Both the position numbers and the translations under genes were made by a program. This document shows positions 22,919 through 32,689 of a stretch of 64,000 nt of DNA, piece by piece. Numbering within the stretch: position 1 is the first letter of the stretch; every line of letters begins with the position of its first letter. The notes beneath the pieces are model-generated. The model saw only the letters and a list, made by a program, of their open reading frames with translations, searched no databases and was not told where the DNA came from. The DNA comes from Gemmatimonadota bacterium (GTDB lineage: Bacteria; JBHIER01; G020348925), in assembly GCA_020348925.1 (NCBI GenBank), contig CP070758.1, positions 186,001-250,000 on the forward strand. The letters run 5' to 3'.

Positions 22919-23292
22919 ATGACACAAGTAATAGTAAAGCCAACCGAAATACAAGCCCTTGGCAACAAGCCTAAAATCATTCAAGAGTATAGAGGTCGTG
23001 TCAATTCAAAGACAGAAAAAGTCAGTATCGCTAAAATGAACAATCCTGAGGCATGGATAGAGCCTGAACAGACATCAGAATTTGATGAATATTCATTTGT
23101 TCAAAATGGTATGTTTGTGCAAAAGCAAAGAAGGAAGCGTTTGTAATAAATGCAAGGGAAGCATTGATAGCATCGAAAGGTGAACGAATTCAATACAGCA
23201 CTCCTCATCCAGGTGTTGCAGAGCAAAGAGCTGTTTGTTCTCCTGCATTTAGCCTAAAACGAGCAAATAGGGACAATGAATCACACCTATAA
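22919..23292 (+). pseudogene. Frameshifted cupin-domain gene (cassette 2)
   Basis: GNKPKIIQEY.GRVNS...EFDEY continues in another frame as ...QYSTPHPGVAE..AVCSPAFS...*; AAGGAG RBS; stop TAA lies inside the CTATAAC site. Confidence 0.75.
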
Positions 23293-23356
23293 CAAATCAC
23301 TTCACTTTATGTCTACTCGCTGTATTCCGTAAAACCGGTGAGTTCAAAGGGTAGGC
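23287..23356 (+). mobile_element. Degenerate attC-like site
   Basis: CTATAACAAATCACTTCAC...GGTGAGTTCAAAGGGTAGGC, with the GTTRRRY core changed to GGTAGGC. Confidence 0.55.
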
Positions 23357-23409
23357 CATGCACCAATCACAATCGAAATTACAGACCACTCGTAAAGGAG
23401 GGAAGAGTT

Positions 23410-23678
23410 ATGCCATATTTATTCGTTCGGCAAAAAGTGGAGGATTTTGAGAGGTGGTACGATGGCTTTAAATCACACGACGAGGCCCACCAAGAGGCTG
23501 GGCTGAAAGACTTGCAACTTCTGCGTGATGTTTCTGATCCCAACACTGTTGTCTGTTTTTTCAGAGTTGAGGATATTGAAAAAGCCAAGGTTTTTACGGA
23601 ACCCCCCAAGCGAGCGAGGCACGGAAGGTGTCGGGGATGATCGGTGAGCCGGAGGTTTTATTGCTGAAAGAAATATAG
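23410..23678 (+). pseudogene. Frameshifted small dimeric alpha-beta barrel ('cyclase'/ABM-like) gene (cassette 3)
   Basis: MPYLFVRQKVEDFERW...DPNTV...EDIEKAK; shift at a C6 run, then QASEARKVSGMIGEPEVLLLKEI*. Confidence 0.65.
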
Positions 23679-23998
23679 AAAGTAGCTTCAAAGTCAAAGA
23701 GTCGCTGGATCCCCGTTAGTTGTGTTATTATACCACGAGGAGCGAAGCTCTTTTTATATTCCTTATTTCTCCCAACTTTATTTCTTCATTGATTCGAACC
23801 ATGATAACAGTATCTTTTCCTGATTGAAATGACGTAATGGGGAAGAAATAATCATGTTTGTCAGTTTCAACAAAGTCCGTGATGGTGATTCAGTATGTAT
23901 TATAAAATATCCTGACTGTGATGCGAAACTAACAGTGGAAAATCCTGTCACATGATTAGTCAACAGAAAAAAAGCCGCCTTAACTTCGGAGGTGTGAG

Positions 23999-26900
23999 AT
24001 GAAATCTTTTTTTTGTAGTGTTGTGTCTTTTGTGCTGATTTTGTTTCCTTTTTTCATTGGGAATACTGCATCCGAAGAAATAGTAACCTCCGTCACATTT
24101 TCCCGTTCGGAGTTGACGTTTGAAAGGTTCGAAAACTATGACATCGTGCGGATGGTACATTGTGACATAACCAGGGAGGTTGGGGAACCGCAACTTCCAG
24201 TGAAAATGTTCCACATTGCTGTTCCAGCTGGAATGAAGGTGAGTCACATCGAGATTCTATCAATTGAAAGGGAGGAATTGGAGGGGACGTATACTCTTTT
24301 TCCCGTTCAGCCTCCGCAGGTCCTGGGGAGACCGGGCAATTTAGTTCGAACCTTCGATCTCGTGGCTCCGAAGCTGGCGGTGTATCAATCGAATGAGCCC
24401 TACCCTGAAGAAGTGATAGAATTATCTTCCACAGGTTCTCTCCGGGGGCATCGGCTGGCCTGTTTACTCGTGCATCCACTGCAGTACTGTCCCGCTCAGG
24501 GAAAACTCACACTCTTCACGAAAATTACGATTGAGGTGGCGCTCGGTCCGGATAACACCTTTCAGCAGGGGCTGGGCAAAAGGATCGACGGGGAAAAAGA
24601 TGTCGGATACTCTCTGGCGCAACGTATGGTTCTCAATCCTCAGGATGTGGGTGCACCGTCTTCCTTGAAGGATTCATACGCGTCCCATCTGGTTGAAGGT
24701 CAGTATGAGTATGTGATCATTACGGATGCAAGGTTCGAATCCTATTTTCGACCTCTGGTCGAGTGGAAGACCCGGAAGGGCGTGCCGACTGCCGTGATCA
24801 CGACGTCCTGGATCTATGAGCAGTATCCCGGTAGTGACGATCAGGAGCGAATCCGGAATTTCATTCGTGATGCGTACCAGAATTGGGGAACAGTGTGGGT
24901 CCTCATCGGAGGAGATACGGACGTTGTCCCGGAAAGAGTGGCCTGGGCCATGGATTGTGAATACGGTGCTGAGCCCGACGAGAACGACATTCCGGCCGAC
25001 CTCTACTACTCGGATCTTGACGGGACGTGGGACGACAACGGCAACGGCATCTACGGCGAAGTGGACGATAACGTCGATCTGTATCCCGATGTCTTCGTCG
25101 GTCGGGCTGCGGTGAATACGACCTATGAGGTCGAGACCTTTGTCCGAAAGATTTTAGCCTACGAGAATCCTGTCGTTACCGATCAGTTCATGAGGATGCT
25201 CTTTCTGGGAGAGATCATGTGGGATTCCCCATACACCGATGGTGGTGAGGGAAAAGATATGATCGATGATGAATGCATTCCCCCCAGGTACGATCCGATA
25301 ACGAAACTCTATCAGTCCAAAGGGAACGAGAGCACCGCATCCGTTGTGGCGGCCATGAACGAGGGCTATCACATCATCAACCACGACGGTCACTGCTGGT
25401 GGACGGTTATGGGAGTAGGGGATGGCTCTCTGGTCAGTAGTGACATGGATGGGCTGCGAAATAATCCGGCCAGTAGCATCATCTATTCCATCGGCTGTTG
25501 GCCGGCGGCCATCGATTACGATTGCATTGCCGAGCATTTTGTGAACAATCCCCGCGGCGGCGGTGTGGCCTTCATCGGGAATTCACGGTACGGCTGGGGG
25601 TCCCCGGGTAATCCGGGCTACGGGTACTCCGACCGCTTCGATCTGCAATTCTACGTGGAGCTATTTGACAACGGGATCAGCAATATAGGGGCGACATTGG
25701 CGGCAACCAAGGCTTTTTATGTGGGCCGCTCTCGGCAGGAGAACGTCTACCGCATTCACCAGTACGAAGTCAATCTCTTAGGCGATCCTGAGATGGACAT
25801 CTGGACGAACACACCGGGTGTGTTAACGGTAGATCATCCTGCTGAAGTGCCTGCGGGTTATGACTTTTTCACTGTTACCGTTACTTCAGATGCGGCCCCA
25901 GTGGAGGGAAGCCTTGTATGTCTCATGAACGGAGCCGATCTTTTTGAGCGTGGTACTACGAACTCTCAGGGGCAGGTGACCTTTGAAATGAACACGAGTG
26001 AGGTGGATACGATATGGGTGACGGTGACCGCCCACGACTATATTCCATATCAAGGATCTGCGGTTGTCAATGCTCAAGGGCCCTATATGGGAGAGTTTGG
26101 TCATTATGTTATACATACCCCTAACGGTGATGGTTTGATCAATCCGGGGGAGCGTATAGAGTTGAACGTATCTGTAATTAATAGAGGTAGCGAGACAGCG
26201 ATCAATGTCGTAGCTGTACTCAAAACCGGTGATCCTGTGGTTGCTATCACAGATAGCATTAATGGTCCGAGAAACCTATCTCCAGGCGGCCAAGCAATAC
26301 CTGTGTGGCTCATGAAGTTTACGTTTGAAGTCTCGTCTCAAGCTGCGAACGGCCATTCCATCCAGTTCACCCTCGAAATGTCCGATTCTTTGGGCCATGT
26401 TTGGACCAATATCATACCCATCACAGTAGCTGCGCCGGTTCTCATTTGTCAGAGCTACTCTATCGATGACAGCACCGGCGGGAATGGCAACGGTCTTATG
26501 GAGGACGGAGAAAGGATTTCCATCGACGTGGGCATCAAGAATGCTGGTCTCGGAATCGCCTATGGTGTGGCCGTGCGTCCTCAGGTCGGATCCTGTGATA
26601 TTGCGCTCAAGGATTCTTTGATTGTTCTGAACGACATTGATCCAGGATCGACCACCACGGGATCCTTTTCGCTTGAGTTTACTGATCCCGATTGTCCGAC
26701 TCCTGCCTTTGATGTATATACCCTCAATGTCAACACCAGCGATGGGTACTCCTTCACTGACGGGTTCTCGCTGGCACGGCATCAGGCCCAATGGGGATTC
26801 TACGATGACATGGAGCATGGAGATACAGATACACTCTGGACCTATGGCGGTCAAGGGAACCTGTGGCACGTGACCCAGCACCGCAGTCACTCGGGTGACT

Positions 26901-27702
26901 ATAGCTGGTACTGCGGGCACGAGGATCGATGGCGCTACGACAAGCACATGGACTGTTCACTTATCTCCTGTCCCATCACCCTCGGCCCCCGGGCACACCT
27001 CTCCTTCTGGCACTGGTACGAGGTGGCCGTCTATGGAGTCAATGGTATTGCAGTGGAGATCGACGACGGATCGGGTTGGACGAAACTCGATTTTATCGGC
27101 AGTGGCGGTGCTCTTCAGCCTGTCTTGCCCATCGGGAACGACTGGATCGAAGACACCTATGACCTCTCAGAGTACCCGGCAGGAACCCTGGTGCAGATTC
27201 GTTTCCACTTTCTGAGCGATGGGGAGCGGGTGTCGGAGGGTGTGTACATCGACGACGTGCGGGTTTACAACGATTACTCGAATCCTCACCCACTTTTTGA
27301 TTTTGTCGGCTATGTTGTCGACGACGACAGCCTGGGAATGAGCTTGGGGAATGGCAACGGTTTTGTCGATCCGGGGGAGACGATTGAACTCACAATCGAT
27401 GTCCACAATTACGGCGATGCCATGGCACCTGGTCTGTCGGCTGTCCTCACTACGACAGATCCCTGTGCGACTGTTTTGGATGGAGAGGTGGGTTTTGGGA
27501 ATGTGGCTTCGGGTACAGCGTGTTCGGGAGAAAGAGCTTTTACCGTCGAAGTATCGCAAGATACTCGCAATCGCCACTCGATCTTTTTCTCCCTTCGGCT
27601 GCGGGATATTAAAGGAAATGTGTGGGACGAATCCGTCAGCCTCACCGTGGCCCAACCGGAGTTTGTCTTCTCCTCTTTTACAATTGATGATGTGATAGGA
27701 AA
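23999..27702 (+). CDS. Gingipain-like C25 cysteine peptidase with propeptide, Ig-like and MAM/InhA-like domains; 3' partial
   Basis: Signal peptide, GEPQLP propeptide, WKTRKG, DLYYSDLDG, VGR, NHDGH and SIGCW catalytic His/Cys, NLLGDP. Confidence 0.9.
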
Positions 27703-27802
27703 NNNNNNNNNNNNNNNNNNNNNNNNNNNNNNNNNNNNNNNNNNNNNNNNNNNNNNNNNNNNNNNNNNNNNNNNNNNNNNNNNNNNNNNNNNNNNNNNNN
27801 NN

Positions 27803-29401
27803 CCCATCACAGGAACCCGGATCAAGGTCCGACCACAGGACAATGGAGTCGTTGTCCGCATCAAATGCCACGATCTCCAAACAGTCTTCATAATACGCCT
27901 CATGGAAGTACAGCGTCTCCGGCAGAGACGTTGTGATCAAAGGTGGACGATTGACGATAACGAGACCATTTTTCGTTGTCGTTCTCCACGACCCCTCATC
28001 GATGAGTATCTCTCCAATTCGTATCGGACTCTCGTTTCCAGGCGTTGCCGAGGCATCTACCCAAAAACCAATATTGAGCAAACAACCACCGCACTCAATT
28101 CCCTCAGAGGCCTCCCCACCTCCTATGAGCCAGAACTGCACGGTGTTGAGTGCTCCCCCTTTGTGGTGCCACTTGATGTCCCATCCCAAAGAGTCCAGAC
28201 AGGTGTTCTCAAAGGTAACGGTCGAGTCGAACGAGATGACACCGGTATTGAAGGAGATTTCTCCGTACAGGGTATTCATGTACAGACCGCTCAGGTCATC
28301 GGAAGAGAGACACACCGTGAACATTGAGCCCGGTTTCTGAATGACGACCGGTGGGTCGATACTCATAGCGATTATTGGTTCGGCTCCACTGTCGTTGATG
28401 AGCAATGTGAAATCGTCGCTGTGAACGAGGGTATCCTCAGCCACGCCCGTCACTGTCACCGAATACGTACCCAAATCGGCGGCCATTGAGGAGCGGATGG
28501 TGAGAATGGATGTGATCGATCCATCAGGGGTCGGGGTGACCGGATTTGGGAAGAAGCTTCCGCTCACGCCCTGAGGGAAATCTGAAACGCTCAACGAGAC
28601 ACCGTCATTGAATTTATAGAGCGAGGTGATGGTCGTCCTGACAAGTGTCCCTCCTCGCTGAAGGACAACCGAAGGATCAGGAGCTACAGAAAGGGCGAAA
28701 TCGGGCTTGTCTATCACATGCAATCTCACTTCAGCCGTGTGATGAAGCATACCGGTATCGTCCATTCCGAGAATGATCAGCGGATACGTTCCCAGCTCAG
28801 TCGAAGCCGAAGCACTCATGATCAATGTTGAACTCACTTTTCCAGCCTGGGGAGGGGTGATGGGATTCGGATCGAAGCACGTGTTGAGAGCGCAGCACAG
28901 GTTGCAGACGCTCAGATTCACGGGATCATCGAACCCTTTCATGGAAGTGACCCAGACTTCATAGGTCGCCGTCTCGCTGTAGTCGCCCTCCAATAGCATC
29001 GAGCCTTTCATCGGCGACTCGGGGTGCACTATTGTCCGCTCTTTCGGGAGGGCTTCAATGAAGAAATCAGGATTCCCATAGAAAGGATCAATATCCTCGG
29101 GAAGAATATCAGTGAAGTCAGGCGAACCCAACGTATAGAGATATCCTCCATAATTCCTGTGCGGTCCGAACCACGAAAAGCCTATGCCCGATGGTTGCCC
29201 ACCAGAGGTGACGACCAGTCTGTAATTCTCAGAATGTGATGCGCCACTTAACTCACCGAACACCGAAGTCGTCAGCATATACTTGCCGTCAAAACTCCAC
29301 CATTGGGCATCACTGCACGGAGCAGCAATACAAACGGCTATACACATCAGCAGAACTATTTTCCCTCTCCAGACGACGCGAATCGTCTTCTTGTTCATCA
29401 T
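27803..29401 (-). CDS. Secreted protein with Ig-like repeats and a cohesin-like domain; 3' partial
   Basis: Signal peptide; two DF.LS..P...S..GF...V.LSV..P.PVTP repeats; cohesin-like PGSMFTVCL...EISFNTGVISF...GGCLLNIGFWV...NGLVIVN. Confidence 0.7.
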
Positions 29402-29483
29402 TCCCTCCTTACGCTGATCAATGTAATATTCTTTTTGGATTCTGAATTATGCATTGTGGATTGTATACTCCGGAAGCTCCGAA

Positions 29484-30476
29484 TTATTCAAAGTAATCAT
29501 ACGAATATTTCAGAACCCTGACAGGTTCATCCAATTTATTGTACTGTATCTGTTCGATGATATTTCCCCGATCGTCATAGTTAAAGACATTTCGAGTCCT
29601 GATGTCAGCCGATGGGACAGACGTATGGGTTTCAATGACCCGTCCCTCAGTGTCATAGGTGGAAGATGTTCGAGATGTTACCTTGTCTTCAGCATTGTAG
29701 CTCAACACTTCGGCCACTGTACTGTCAGGGTTGAAAATACTCCTTGTCCTCCCAACGGTCATACTGTTCGGACCATAATTAACGGTTTCCATCGCGTCCG
29801 TCTCATAGGTATACAGGATCCGTGATATGACGTCACCTTTGCTATTTCGGACGAACGTCTCTATTATCCTGCCTTCCTCATCGTAGGACAGGAATTGTTT
29901 CACGTCGACATTTTTATCCGGGGAGAACATGAGCAACTCGACCATTTGCCACGCCTCATTGAACTGATACTTCATAGTAAGCTGAATACTACCGTCCGGT
30001 TTATAGGCAACCGCTCCCGTGGGAAGAAAGACGCTGTCGAACTCTGTATATTCATATACCATTCTTTGATCCGCACCACCTTTTGATGAACTCGTAACGG
30101 ACTCCGTGATGTATCCCTTGCTATCATAAACGAAATTCGATTGCTGCATGACGGTGCCGTCTTGATTATACATAATCTGTTCGAGGAGGTGCCCTGCTTC
30201 ATCAAAGGTGCTCGAAGAAACGTTGAACCCCTGCGACTCAATAATTTCACCTGGTTTTTCCCCTGGAGCCGCTTCATATCGCCATATCAATATCGATCGT
30301 ATCTTTGATTTTCGAATCTGTTCCGGATCCATATCTGGGACCGCCTTGTTATCACTTCCTCCAGGGACACCGCCCTGGAATCCCGGAGGGAGTGTTTGTG
30401 CTATTGCACCGGTGACTAGAAACAGAACTGCAAGGAACCACAAAAGAGCAAGTCTCTGCCAAACAATCGCTTTCAT
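29484..30476 (-). CDS. Secreted protein with YD/RHS-like beta-hairpin repeats
   Basis: Signal peptide; ~24-aa repeats (YDSKGY, YDEEGR, YDTEGR, YDDRGN). Confidence 0.7.
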   Translation of the reverse strand: MKAIVWQRLALLWFLAVLFLVTGAIAQTLPPGFQGGVPGGSDNKAVPDMDPEQIRKSKIRSILIWRYEAAPGEKPGEIIESQGFNVSSSTFDEAGHLLEQIMYNQDGTVMQQSNFVYDSKGYITESVTSSSKGGADQRMVYEYTEFDSVFLPTGAVAYKPDGSIQLTMKYQFNEAWQMVELLMFSPDKNVDVKQFLSYDEEGRIIETFVRNSKGDVISRILYTYETDAMETVNYGPNSMTVGRTRSIFNPDSTVAEVLSYNAEDKVTSRTSSTYDTEGRVIETHTSVPSADIRTRNVFNYDDRGNIIEQIQYNKLDEPVRVLKYSYDYFE

Positions 30477-30503
30477 TATAGTATCCTTTCTTTATTCGCC
30501 GCA

Positions 30504-30535
30504 TTGTCGAGCTTCGTTCTTCAACCCAACCTACA
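30504..30535 (-). repeat. GTAG-type REP-like element
   Basis: Minus strand TGTAGGTTGGGTTGAAGAACGAAGCTCGACA: GTAG followed by an imperfect palindrome. Confidence 0.5.
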
Positions 30536-30785
30536 GATTCTCGCATTATCTCAAGAACCCGTATTCTCCATGTCTCTTCTCTTCAAGAATTACGGATTGG
30601 GTCACACGCTCTGCTTACGATCTTTGTTCTTCTTCTCCTCGAATTGACCGCTCGAGCGGTTTATCAATCAAAAACCCGTAAACGTGGAACTCCGTTCTCT
30701 AAACTCATTTGTTCTACTTCGCATCCCCTCCAGTATTCCTCTCCGCTCTGTGGGGATTGAACACTCCCACGAGCATCACTTCGAT

Positions 30786-32133
30786 CTATTCTGTATCACC
30801 CGCAGTAGTACTCTGTGCCGTCTCGATTCCTTCGCTCGGTTTCTCCTCCGAAGCGTTCCCGGCGATACGTTCCAGGGTTCTTTCCAGTTGAGCCATCCTC
30901 TGACTCAATCCCTCAACTTGAGACCGCAACTGTCGGTTCTGGGTCTCTTGTCTCTTCACGATTGAAGCGACATCCCCTGAGTTCACACCTATAGCCACGT
31001 TGACCAAACTCAGCGAGGGACTTTCCGAGGTGCTCCAGGCTCTCCCGACGATTTTGGAGAACTCGTCAGCCGTCATCAGTTCGGGAGAAACGGCAATGCC
31101 CGTTCCATCTTCAAGCCCGGAGGGGATGATATAATCTCCCTCCTTCACAGGGCCCATGACCTTGACAGGCACCTGGCCCATGAATGCGACCTTTTCATAA
31201 AGGTGCTCTTCCTCTTCCTGAGGCATATTTCCCACAACAATCGGCGACGTTGATACTGGCAATATTTGCTGTGCGCCTCTGGTACATTTGGAAATTTTGC
31301 CACCATAGACCCCCACGATGTCTCCCGGCTGTAACGTCTCATCCGCATCAACGCGTTGAAGCCATTCCGCATAATCCCCGGACCCTGATGAGAACGCGAC
31401 ACCCAAATTACTCCAATATGTGGCCTGATAGACAGCCAGGTTTGCGATTTCCGTTCCCAGATCAAAGACATCAGCGGCCAGCAGCACGCCGGAGGCGGCG
31501 AGCGCCACAGCTGAAGCGGCAATAACTCCCGGGGACGGCCCAGCAACACAAGCGCCCAACCCAGCGCAGGCCCTGAAATCTGCAATATCCGCGGCTAACT
31601 GGACGGCATCGGCAGCCAAACAGACACCATCCGCCGCCACAATTCCAGTTTTCACCACAATATTGGCGGTCCCCATGAGCGTCTCGTACCAATAGACCCA
31701 GTTATTGACCGCATCGCCTGCGGTCTCCCCCTCGATGCGTCCCCTTACTGTCCCGGTACTTGAGCCGGAAAAGGTGATATAATTGTTATCATTGTCCGGG
31801 TAACCCTCGTCCCTCAGCTTTATCCACATACCTTGATCCTTGGAATCAAGGAAGAGCCCGTAGGCGCCGGTGTTCCCTTGAGCTCCATCAACGTTGCTGG
31901 TAATAGACACCTGCCCGTTATTACTCACTGTAAAACGGTCCGCGGAGCCATCATTGGCTTTCACCAGAAAGTTCGCCGAAGCCTCTGCACCAATACCCAC
32001 GTTGCCTGTTACATGAACATCCCCGTCAAAATACGCCGCCCCGTCATTCGTGCCGCCTCCACTGCCGCTGGCGCAGAGACCATAGTGGTTGGTAGAAGTG
32101 AAGTGACCGCCACATCCATCATAGCTCTCACCG
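30786..32133 (-). CDS. Tail-fibre-like protein with peptidase G2/intramolecular-chaperone-like C-terminus and coiled coil; 5' partial
   Basis: AAYFDGDVHVTGNVGIG, GDYAEWL, GDIVGV, VAFMGQVPVKV.G....GDYI, VGRAW; C-terminal heptads; frame open to the gap. Confidence 0.75.
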
Positions 32134-32233
32134 NNNNNNNNNNNNNNNNNNNNNNNNNNNNNNNNNNNNNNNNNNNNNNNNNNNNNNNNNNNNNNNNNNN
32201 NNNNNNNNNNNNNNNNNNNNNNNNNNNNNNNNN

Positions 32234-32609
32234 GCAGTTCTGCGAATCGTTAAGATCCTATCTCCCTCATGAAGACTTTTCTCGTTTCATGATTCTTGTA
32301 AAGGCGGAATGCCACACTCCTTCCGAGTATTATCTCTATCAGAATTATCCCAATCCCTTCAACCCAACGACCGATATTATATATTTTATACCGGATGGGA
32401 GATCACCCACCCATACAACTTTGAAGATCTACAATGTATTAGGTCAAAGGGTACGGACATTGATTGACGAGCGAAAGGGGCCGGGATTATACTCAATCAA
32501 CTGGGACGGAAAAGACGAAAAAGGTCATGAAGCTCTCAGTGGCGTCTACTTATATTGCCTTAAGATAGGGGATTTCATCGCGACGAGGCGGATGCTCTTA
32601 CTCAAATAA
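32234..32609 (+). CDS. C-terminal fragment of a secreted array protein (helical linker + NYPNPFN/FlgD-Ig domain)
   Basis: QFCESLRSYL...QNYPNPFNP...WDGKD...SGVY...RRMLLLK. Confidence 0.85.
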
Positions 32610-32689
32610 TGGTGTAACAGATTTCCTGAAGTGAAGAATGAACCAACCTTAGACGGAATACGACTTGGACTTTAGAGGAGTGAATTCCA

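Noticed and set aside
23999-29401. 1442-aa and 744-aa ORFs overlapping on opposite strands
   Set aside because: Artefact of translating through the 100-N gap; these are two separate partial genes
29484-32133. Prophage or RHS toxin locus
   Set aside because: No capsid, terminase, integrase, RHS core motif or immunity gene visible
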